A stretch of DNA of 64,000 nucleotides from a virus, in IMG/VR virus record IMGVR_UViG_3300025012_000074, positions 7,106 to 71,105 of that record, one strand, 5' to 3'. The notes under the pieces are model-generated. The model had not been told where the DNA came from. It ran no database searches and saw only the letters and a list, made by a program, of their open reading frames with translations. This document shows positions 57,343 to 64,000 of this stretch, in pieces (position 1 is the stretch's first letter; every line of letters starts with the position of its first letter). The position numbers and the translations under genes are program-made.

Positions 57343-57630
57343 TTATTCGACGATCCCGGTTCCGTTGCAGCATCGGCATTTCGGCGGTGCGTCGATGATC
57401 CCGAGCAGTCGGCGGATCTTCATCGCCGAGCGGACGGCGGCATTATCATCGTCGATAAAACAATCCCACCACGCGATGACCGACGCCGCGTCGTCCGGCG
57501 TTTCGCGCCCGGCGACCGACCGCAGTTCTTTTACCAGATCGTCGCCGGGTTGATCGTCCATGTCTTCCAGTTTCAGGTCGAACGCCTTCATGTAGGCGTC
57601 GAGCAATTCGGAATCGGCGAACGTCTTCAT
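57343..57630 (-). CDS. Hypothetical protein
   Basis: ATGA-coupled; C-terminal CRCCNGTG. Confidence 0.55.
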   Translation of the reverse strand: MKTFADSELLDAYMKAFDLKLEDMDDQPGDDLVKELRSVAGRETPDDAASVIAWWDCFIDDDNAAVRSAMKIRRLLGIIDAPPKCRCCNGTGIVE

Positions 57631-57923
57631 GCTATATGCGCCTTCATTTCCTCGTCGGTAGGTTTCCGATCCTCGCCGCAATTCGCGCACCGCATCTTTG
57701 AATACTCGGCGGGCCAGGCGTGAATGAACTTGAATTCGTGGGGCGATCCGTTCAGGCAATCCGCTTTCGTCAGATCGTGGTCGACGCTGATAGCCGTCGT
57801 GTAAACAAATATCTTTCCGCACTCGCCGCAATCCTGTTGATGGTATTGGCCTTCTTCGTATCCGTAGCCGTCATCGTGGCAGATTTCGACTTCGGCTTTG
57901 CAATACGGGCATCGATCGTTCAT
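57627..57923 (-). CDS. Zn-ribbon protein
   Basis: CPYC, CGECGK, CANCG. Confidence 0.7.
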   Translation of the reverse strand: MNDRCPYCKAEVEICHDDGYGYEEGQYHQQDCGECGKIFVYTTAISVDHDLTKADCLNGSPHEFKFIHAWPAEYSKMRCANCGEDRKPTDEEMKAHIA

Positions 57924-58125
57924 CCCTTGATCCTCCCGTATTCGTCGAGTTCGATCGGCGGGACGGTGAGCAGTTTGAGGGCGGCCTCGATGCGCTTGTC
58001 GTCGTAGCCGCCGAGTTCGAGGTGCAATACGTGGACGCGCGCCTGTTCGATCCGCCGCTCCAGGTCGGCAATCCGCCGAGCCTGAAACGTCAACGTGCTT
58101 TCCGTTGCGTTGTGTTCCTGTTCGC

Positions 58126-58527
58126 TCATGCGCCCATCCCCTCGCCGGTGACGATCAGGTCGCCGGACAAGACCATCCCGATCGCGCGTTTGTGTGCCGC
58201 AACGATCGCGTCCCAATGATCGACCGGCGGCCGTTCCCGTTGATCCGAGCGCCGGCCGCAGTCGTCGCACACGCGGATGATCCGCCCGTCGACCCGCCGC
58301 GACCGATACACGCCTTTGCAATCCGGGCAATCGCGATGCGCCCGCAAGTCCATCCCGCGCGGCTTGGCGAATACCGAGCGGTCGGTTCCCGCGATGTAGC
58401 CGCAGCCGGACTCGATGCAGATTGTTCGGCGCTTCCCTTCGACCATCCGCTCGCGCGTTTGGCCGTGGCAGTGCGCGCATCTGGTTCGGTAGTTGATCGG
58501 CTTGCCAGTTCGTTCGTCGATCCTCAT
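58126..58527 (-). CDS. Zn-ribbon protein
   Basis: CAHC, CPDC, CDDCG; ATGA-coupled. Confidence 0.6.
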   Translation of the reverse strand: MRIDERTGKPINYRTRCAHCHGQTRERMVEGKRRTICIESGCGYIAGTDRSVFAKPRGMDLRAHRDCPDCKGVYRSRRVDGRIIRVCDDCGRRSDQRERPPVDHWDAIVAAHKRAIGMVLSGDLIVTGEGMGA

Positions 58528-58931
58528 GCTTCCACCGTCCAGGCGTCGGCCGCGACCTTCCCGGCTTTGTGGCCGAGCAGGGTTAAACAGCATTCGTTCG
58601 AAACGATTTGACCGCAACTGGAAAACGCGGGGCCGCGATACGGTTCGGCCGCCTGGGTTTCGTCGATTTCCTTGAACGTCCGCCGATGAAACTCCGGGCA
58701 TCCGACGTAAACGAGCGTGAAGTTTCGGCCGTAGACGGACCGCAGCCGCTCGGCCTCGATGATGGTCAGCCCGTCGATGATCGCCGCGCCGTCGTGGTCG
58801 CCGACCGTCGGCCCGATCTCAGCGTGAACGAATCGCTTGGCGTGCCAGGCTTTCAACGCCTTGGCAAATTCCGTCTTGCCGGTCAGCCGCGGACCGCAGA
58901 TCCCGAACACCCTCAACCCTTCGAACTTCAA
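58524..58931 (-). CDS. P-loop kinase-like protein
   Basis: FGICGPRLTGKT and IIDG. Confidence 0.55.
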   Translation of the reverse strand: MKFEGLRVFGICGPRLTGKTEFAKALKAWHAKRFVHAEIGPTVGDHDGAAIIDGLTIIEAERLRSVYGRNFTLVYVGCPEFHRRTFKEIDETQAAEPYRGPAFSSCGQIVSNECCLTLLGHKAGKVAADAWTVEA

Positions 58932-59527
58932 GCCGTCCTCCTCAAAGCATACGCGGCGAGAATCTCCGCGTCGTGCTCGTCCTCGTGAACGTCCGCCCCG
59001 TCTGGTTTCAGTTCGGAGCCGGTCGCCCATGCGTGATATTTTTTGATAAACGCCGCGTGCGCCTTTTCCTTCGAGCAGGGAATGGCGAGCGCCTTCCGGA
59101 CCGTGCTATCGCTCGCCGTCTCGATCGTCGTCGGGATGTTCGCCCGCTCGAGCGCCGCCGCGATCGTCGATAGGAAAGCGCCGCTCCACAGATAGAGCCC
59201 GCGCATGGCCCCGAAGTGCCCGCCGAACGACGAATAGCAGAGCAGATCGACGGCGATGCGCTGGCCGGCCGCCGCTTGGCCGATTCCGTCGGCGAGTCGT
59301 CCGGCCCACTTCGCGCCGTGCCGAACGGCTACCAACCCGTCGGCGTTCGATCCGCAGCCGCCGGACTTCCACGGGATCGACGCGAGCAACACGCCGGCGG
59401 AATCGACAAGCACGGCCGCGCCGTTCTGGCCCGGATCGATCGCGACGATCAGCCGGCGGGCGGTCAAGCCGTCGAACAGGCCGGACGGGCAAGCGTTCGA
59501 AAGCGCTCGGCGCTGGCGGTGATTCAT
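58928..59527 (-). CDS. RuvC-like Holliday junction resolvase
   Basis: IVAIDPGQNGA, C-terminal DEHDAEILAAY. Confidence 0.75.
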   Translation of the reverse strand: MNHRQRRALSNACPSGLFDGLTARRLIVAIDPGQNGAAVLVDSAGVLLASIPWKSGGCGSNADGLVAVRHGAKWAGRLADGIGQAAAGQRIAVDLLCYSSFGGHFGAMRGLYLWSGAFLSTIAAALERANIPTTIETASDSTVRKALAIPCSKEKAHAAFIKKYHAWATGSELKPDGADVHEDEHDAEILAAYALRRTA

Positions 59528-59829
59528 TTCCCTGTCGCCCGGATCATCGGCCCGAACACCGCATCGAAGTCGGGCGCGGGCATGAACACCACGTCAACGC
59601 CGCGTATCGCGTCAGGCTTGAACAGCGTTTCCGCGCCCTCGCGGGTCATGCCGATCGAGCGGCCGGTCCGTTTCCGCTCGTCCTCCGATTTCGTCTCGAC
59701 GACGATCAGGCCGCCTTGGCGGATCGTATCATGACAGGCCGGGCAGGTAGCGCCCGCGACCGGGCGGGACGCGCCTTCGATTTGGTTTCCGCTCGGCCGG
59801 TGGCAGTAGTCGCAAAGTTCGTTTCCCAT
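59524..59829 (-). CDS. Hypothetical Zn-binding protein
   Basis: CDYC, CPAC, RTGR. Confidence 0.6.
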   Translation of the reverse strand: MGNELCDYCHRPSGNQIEGASRPVAGATCPACHDTIRQGGLIVVETKSEDERKRTGRSIGMTREGAETLFKPDAIRGVDVVFMPAPDFDAVFGPMIRATGK

Positions 59830-59831
59830 TT

Positions 59832-59920
59832 CATCCAATCCGTTTCAACCGGTCCGATCCGATCCGACCCAGCCCATTCCGGCCCTGTCCTACCCTTTCC
59901 CCTCCGCTCCAATCCGTTGC
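59832..59920 (-). repeat. GG(A/G)NN pentamer array 3 (13 in-phase units plus tail)
   Basis: Minus strand GCAAC GGATT GGAGC GGAGG GGAAA GGGTA GGACA GGGCC GGAAT GGGCT GGGTC GGATC GGATC GGACC GGTTG AAAC GGATT GGATG. Confidence 0.92.
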
Positions 59921-59986
59921 ATCTGCTCATCTCGCGAGGTTCGAATCAGTATATACCAGCCGAACCGAACCCCGCGAGCGGATCGT

Positions 59987-60238
59987 CTACCCGATGGAAG
60001 CTCCGTCGCCGATGTTCAGTTTCCCGAACTCCATCGGCTTCTTGCCGTTATCCTTCATCGTCCGCGCGACCTTGCATTCCGAGTAGAACGATTCGTTGAC
60101 CTGGGCGGCCATCTTGTTGATCTGGCTCGCGATTTCAACCCGGATGTTCCCGTTCCGAACATCGACGATCGATTCGCAAAGGAAGGAGCGGAGTTGGCCG
60201 ACGGTTTCAATTTTTCTGTTTTCGATTTTCAACGCCAT
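59987..60238 (-). CDS. Hypothetical 83-aa helical protein upstream of array 3
   Basis: RBS GGAG; intact ORF. Confidence 0.7.
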   Translation of the reverse strand: MALKIENRKIETVGQLRSFLCESIVDVRNGNIRVEIASQINKMAAQVNESFYSECKVARTMKDNGKKPMEFGKLNIGDGASIG

Positions 60239-60998
60239 ATTTACTCTCCCAGTGAATTTCTTTTAACAGACGTTTGTTGAATTCGCAATCCGTTTCGTTA
60301 CGTTCTAATTCATCCATCCTTTCATAGCAGGATTTACAGTAAAACGCTGTTCTATCTTTTACAAAATATATACCGTCTTTATAATCAAGTTCGTTAGGAG
60401 TCCTTATCTTTTTACACCTTCTGCATAGATGTAAAACGGTTAATGGTATAAACACACCATCTAAATAATAATGAACTATATGAGTAAAATTTCCAAATTC
60501 TTTTAACATTTTTTTATAATCATATTCTATAAAATGATTTATCCATTTAGAGCTATACATATGTGGTATATATTGTTTGTCTAAAACTCTTCCATGCCCT
60601 TCGCAATTTTCGCAAATAATTACCGGACTATATAAATATTCTCCGTAACTTCTTGACCTTTTAGATTTAATTAATTTATAATTATATTTATCTAAATTTA
60701 TATTATTTTCAATAATGATCATCAAAGGACATTTTGTATAGTTTAAGTAACAAGTAAGAATATCTAAGCTATCAAATAGTTTAGAATTATATTTAACAAA
60801 TTTATATTTGTTACTTTTAGTAATGCGTTTCAACTCGTGAGTTATACCTTTGCTGCATTTATTGCAATCTATACTATGCCTATAAAAGTCTATGTCGCTA
60901 TGACCGTAACCTGTATATGTTCTGAAATATCCGCTTATATATTCTACATCGAAATTATAATAATTATCTTTCTCGGTATACAGCGGTTCGGAGTTCAT
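60207..60998 (-). CDS. Very AT-rich Cys-rich hypothetical protein (moron-like)
   Basis: Sharp GC drop; four CxxC motifs; ATGA-coupled to the nuclease. Confidence 0.65.
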   Translation of the reverse strand: MNSEPLYTEKDNYYNFDVEYISGYFRTYTGYGHSDIDFYRHSIDCNKCSKGITHELKRITKSNKYKFVKYNSKLFDSLDILTCYLNYTKCPLMIIIENNINLDKYNYKLIKSKRSRSYGEYLYSPVIICENCEGHGRVLDKQYIPHMYSSKWINHFIEYDYKKMLKEFGNFTHIVHYYLDGVFIPLTVLHLCRRCKKIRTPNELDYKDGIYFVKDRTAFYCKSCYERMDELERNETDCEFNKRLLKEIHWESKYGVENRKQKN

Positions 60999-62170
60999 TT
61001 CTTCGTCGCCTTCCCGCCTTTGAACTCGCACGATTCCGTTTCAGACACCGCGCCGGCGGCCTTCAACCGCTTCAACAGGTCCGGGTTTTCCAAGATCGTA
61101 TTATCGCCCGTTTTCGTCGCGTCGATTTTCGCATGTTGAAACGATTCCTTCATGAGCGATTCAGGAATCTTCTGAATGTCAACTTCCGTTTTCTTCGTTG
61201 CCTTGAACGCCCACTTCGTCCCGTTGTGCGTCAGGTCGCCGTGACCTTCGACCCATCGCTTAATCGCTTCCTTCGCGACCTTCGCCTCTTTCGTCGACTC
61301 GTAATACGCGTCGGCAATCTCGCGGATTTGATCTTCCGATTCGACGTAAAAATATATCGTTTGAGCGTTCAACCGTTTCGGACATTCGTAATAATATTCG
61401 CAAACCGGGAACCCGTCGGCGTTCGCGCAATGCCGGCCCGGCGTCGCGTCGAACTGGCGTTCGGTCAGGCACTCTATACCGCGGTTGACCCAGAACAAAA
61501 ACGAGTCGATCAGTTTCGGAAGTTCGGACCTGAAATATGAGACGGTCCGCCGCCGGTTTCCATACCTGATATAAATGTTCGAAAACTTCACCTCGTCGAA
61601 CGCCGCGAACCGCGGATCGAGGAAGGCGTTCATGCAGTTCAGTTGCGGCTGCATTTCGTATCTGAGTTCCGCCGCGTCGTCGATCGCCCGCGAGGATTTC
61701 CAATCGTCAATCTTGAGCGTCAACCCCTCGGCGTAGATCAGGTCCGCGCGGCTTTGCGTCGCATACGGTCCTACCTGGCCGCGTAGCGTCTCCTCAACCA
61801 GATACCATTTCGTCGTGTCGAACTGGAACCGCGACCGCCAGCCGTCGAACAGATCGCGGACCCGTAGCGGCATCGGCGCGAGCACGGGCGTTCCGCCTTC
61901 AACCCAGGCTTTCAACGTGGTTTCAATCGCTTCGTGAAGCGCGGACCCGGCTTCGGCCGGATCGTCCGGCCGGCGGGGTTCCGGTTCCGGCTTGACGCCG
62001 ACGTATTTGCGCGCCCATTTATACGGGCATTCCGTAAGCACTTTCAGGCAGGACGGCGAGAATGAGCGGGCTTCGACCGCCTGAATCAGTTCATCAAGTT
62101 CGGCATCGGTCCGCGCGGACAGCCACTCCTCGAAGTCGGTCCGTTCAATTTCCTTTTGTTCCGTCGTCAT
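60995..62170 (-). CDS. PD-(D/E)XK (RecB/Cas4-like) exonuclease
   Basis: SPS....CP, GSALH, RADLI, DDWKS, QL, C-terminal Cys cluster. Confidence 0.88.
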   Translation of the reverse strand: MTTEQKEIERTDFEEWLSARTDAELDELIQAVEARSFSPSCLKVLTECPYKWARKYVGVKPEPEPRRPDDPAEAGSALHEAIETTLKAWVEGGTPVLAPMPLRVRDLFDGWRSRFQFDTTKWYLVEETLRGQVGPYATQSRADLIYAEGLTLKIDDWKSSRAIDDAAELRYEMQPQLNCMNAFLDPRFAAFDEVKFSNIYIRYGNRRRTVSYFRSELPKLIDSFLFWVNRGIECLTERQFDATPGRHCANADGFPVCEYYYECPKRLNAQTIYFYVESEDQIREIADAYYESTKEAKVAKEAIKRWVEGHGDLTHNGTKWAFKATKKTEVDIQKIPESLMKESFQHAKIDATKTGDNTILENPDLLKRLKAAGAVSETESCEFKGGKATKK

Positions 62171-62190
62171 CGTCGTCCACCTCTACATTG

Positions 62191-62221
62191 ATTATACATT
62201 ATCTTGTTATCGCGCGGTCAA
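62191..62221 (-). promoter_or_regulatory. Leftward promoter (extended -10)
   Basis: Minus strand TTGACC-N19-TATAAT; spacer nearly identical to the 57.3 kb promoter. Confidence 0.6.
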
Positions 62222-62276
62222 GGTTTATTTATTTTTTTCTTGGCCGCGCGATTTCAGCCGTTGCAGCCGGTATTCT

Positions 62277-63479
62277 TTACCCTTTCTTTTCGACCAACAG
62301 CGGCGCGACCATGGCGACGAACCGCCGGCCGATCGTCGAGCCGCCGTCCGTCTCGCAGATCAGCGCGCGGTTCCGGTGATCGAACGACAGCCGCACGTTC
62401 GTCCCGACGCACGCGCAAACCGCGTCGACCAACCGCGACGAATTGGCGAACACCTCGAACGGCGCTTCCGGCCAGCCGACGCGCAGCATCGTATTCGGTT
62501 CGTCGCGCGGCACGATCGGAACGCCAGCCGAGTCGACCGTCCGCCCGACCGCGATCAGCGGGAATCCGGTTTTCATTTCCGCGATCGACGCGGACGAAAC
62601 GTGAACCTCGGCGGCCATCCGCTTCGGATCGAGGACGAGCATGGATTTCCCGTCCTCGAACTTGAGCGCCAGGTCGTCGCACGGGATCAACGCGGCGATG
62701 AACCGCTCGCGGTCGGCCGTCGCGTAGTTCTGTTCCTGCCTGGTCAGGAACGTCAACACGTTCGGAAACTTGCCGGCCAGCGGAGAAACCGTCACGTTCA
62801 CGTCGGACAGGAACTGCACCGAATCGCACTCGAGCGGGTTCGATCCCCGGCCGATGAACACGGTCGCCATCGACAGATTCAGGATGCCGTCAATCGCCGC
62901 GTTCGGGATAAACGCTTCGATCCGGTCGGCCGGCGCGATCTCCGGCGCTCCGCCGTCGAACTGGACGAACGCGGCAGACTGGCCGTCGGTGGCCGCGACG
63001 ATCGTCATCGTTTGCGTGACGATCAAGTTGACCCCGCACATGTCGGAGCCGGCCCCGATTCCCGTCCCCTCCTTCGCGGCGTAGCGGACCCGCCGAATCG
63101 CTTCGACGATCTCCGCGTCCATCGGGACGAACACGCCGGCGTCCATCGGCCGGACGAGCGTCAGGTCGACCGTCGAGTAGTCGAGTTCGACCGAAAGCCC
63201 GTTTTCTTCGACGGCCAGGAACGCGCGCTTGCCGCCCGCGTGATCGGTCAGCGTGATCGTCCCGGCGTCGGCGACGGCCAAGACCTGGTAGAGCGGGAAC
63301 GGCCGAACGGTCGCGATGAACCCGGCGGGAAGATTCGATTCGACGATCGGGACGGACGTGACCGCCCCGACCGGCCCGTGTCGGAACGCCAGTTCGGCGG
63401 AACCGCCAGCCGGCTTGACCGTCACCGTTTCGTCGCCGTCGTCGTTGATTCGGAACCGTCGCAGCGTGTGCAACGCCAT
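62277..63479 (-). CDS. DNA polymerase III beta-clamp-like protein
   Basis: IRRVRYAA...CGVNL...AATDG...FIP...GKFPNV...VAMVAPL; ~400 aa. Confidence 0.8.
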   Translation of the reverse strand: MALHTLRRFRINDDGDETVTVKPAGGSAELAFRHGPVGAVTSVPIVESNLPAGFIATVRPFPLYQVLAVADAGTITLTDHAGGKRAFLAVEENGLSVELDYSTVDLTLVRPMDAGVFVPMDAEIVEAIRRVRYAAKEGTGIGAGSDMCGVNLIVTQTMTIVAATDGQSAAFVQFDGGAPEIAPADRIEAFIPNAAIDGILNLSMATVFIGRGSNPLECDSVQFLSDVNVTVSPLAGKFPNVLTFLTRQEQNYATADRERFIAALIPCDDLALKFEDGKSMLVLDPKRMAAEVHVSSASIAEMKTGFPLIAVGRTVDSAGVPIVPRDEPNTMLRVGWPEAPFEVFANSSRLVDAVCACVGTNVRLSFDHRNRALICETDGGSTIGRRFVAMVAPLLVEKKG

Positions 63480-63521
63480 GTTAATGTCTTTCCGGTTGAA
63501 CGTGATGAACTGGCCGCCCAT

Positions 63522-64000
63522 CTATTTCAACCCTTTCATCCGCACCGTGTGATTGCACGGCTTGCACTGGACGATCGCGCAATCGGGCGGCAGGCCCTTT
63601 TCAACGTGGACGGTCAGTTTTCCAGATCCGATTTCCGAGCATCCGCACTTTTCGCATTTGGGAATCCAGGCCCCGCTGGCCAGCAGTTCGGCGGCCGTCA
63701 TCGGTCCGGACGCGGGATCGGTCGCGGGCGGCTCGGCCTTCGTCGTTTCGGCGGCCGGCTGTTCCTGCACCTGTTCGGCCGGCGCGGCGGCGGGTTCGTT
63801 CACCGGTTCAGCCTTCGGCTCGGCCGGTTTCTCGGCCGGCTGCGTTTCGGCCGTGGCGGATGCCGCCGGGTCGACGAACTTCCCGGTTTCCTTCTCGGCG
63901 GCGATCAGCAGGCGTTCCGCCTCGTCGGCGGTGATCGACCGCGAGTTACCGAGCGGCCGGCCGAGGACCTTCGACGAGAATTCGAGCGTTTTCCGCTTGT
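63522..64000 (-). CDS. C-terminal part of a protein truncated by the window edge (possibly a recombinase)
   Basis: Frame open to the edge: NSRSITADEAERLL, Pro/Ala/Glu linker, CEKC...CKPC. Confidence 0.55.
   Translation of the reverse strand, partial: KRKTLEFSSKVLGRPLGNSRSITADEAERLLIAAEKETGKFVDPAASATAETQPAEKPAEPKAEPVNEPAAAPAEQVQEQPAAETTKAEPPATDPASGPMTAAELLASGAWIPKCEKCGCSEIGSGKLTVHVEKGLPPDCAIVQCKPCNHTVRMKGLK

Larger units (their letters stand above)
1..64000. mobile_element. Tailed dsDNA phage genome segment (siphovirus-like, Mu-like head genes)
   Basis: Ordered terminase-portal-gpF-protease-capsid-neck-tail tube-chaperone-tape measure-tail-holin module flanked by replication/recombination arms; no host housekeeping genes; no tail sheath recognised. 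Confidence 0.97.

Noticed and set aside
60995-62170. Cas4-like nuclease as evidence of CRISPR-Cas
   Set aside because: Stand-alone PD-(D/E)XK exonucleases are routine in phage recombination modules; no cas1/cas2 seen
1-64000. Stop-codon reassignment
   Set aside because: Core genes are full length in the standard code and TAG, TAA and TGA all terminate genes

Overview
The whole window looks like a high-GC tailed (siphovirus-like) phage genome segment in three transcription blocks. (1) Leftward, 1-11375: amidase, radical SAM protein, intein-containing SF2 helicase, PLD-family nuclease, a repeat-rich putative origin, a DnaB-N/DUF3987 helicase and a fragmented C5 DNA methyltransferase. (2) Rightward, 11480-54290: small genes and a non-coding RNA cluster, terminase, Mu-like portal and gpF, four exported proteins, a ~7.6 kb glycan-biosynthesis cassette, protease/scaffold, decoration protein, capsid, neck, tail, tape measure and holin-like genes. 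(3) Leftward, 54325-64000: Lar, SMC-like ATPase, RuvC-like resolvase, PD-(D/E)XK nuclease and a beta clamp. I saw no integrase, DNA polymerase, primase or CRISPR array, and both window ends cut ORFs. Most notable: three intergenic, sense-strand GG(A/G)NN pentamer arrays, one abutting an anticodon-less tRNA-like element; an intein whose Vsr/DUF559 endonuclease is overprinted in another frame with its own RBS; a methyltransferase spread over all three frames with a 10-nt CCG-bounded interruption at the catalytic Pro-Cys; and a glycosylation cassette plus a secreted, membrane-anchored tailspike-like protein inside the head module. All calls come from motif recognition by eye; no searches were run.
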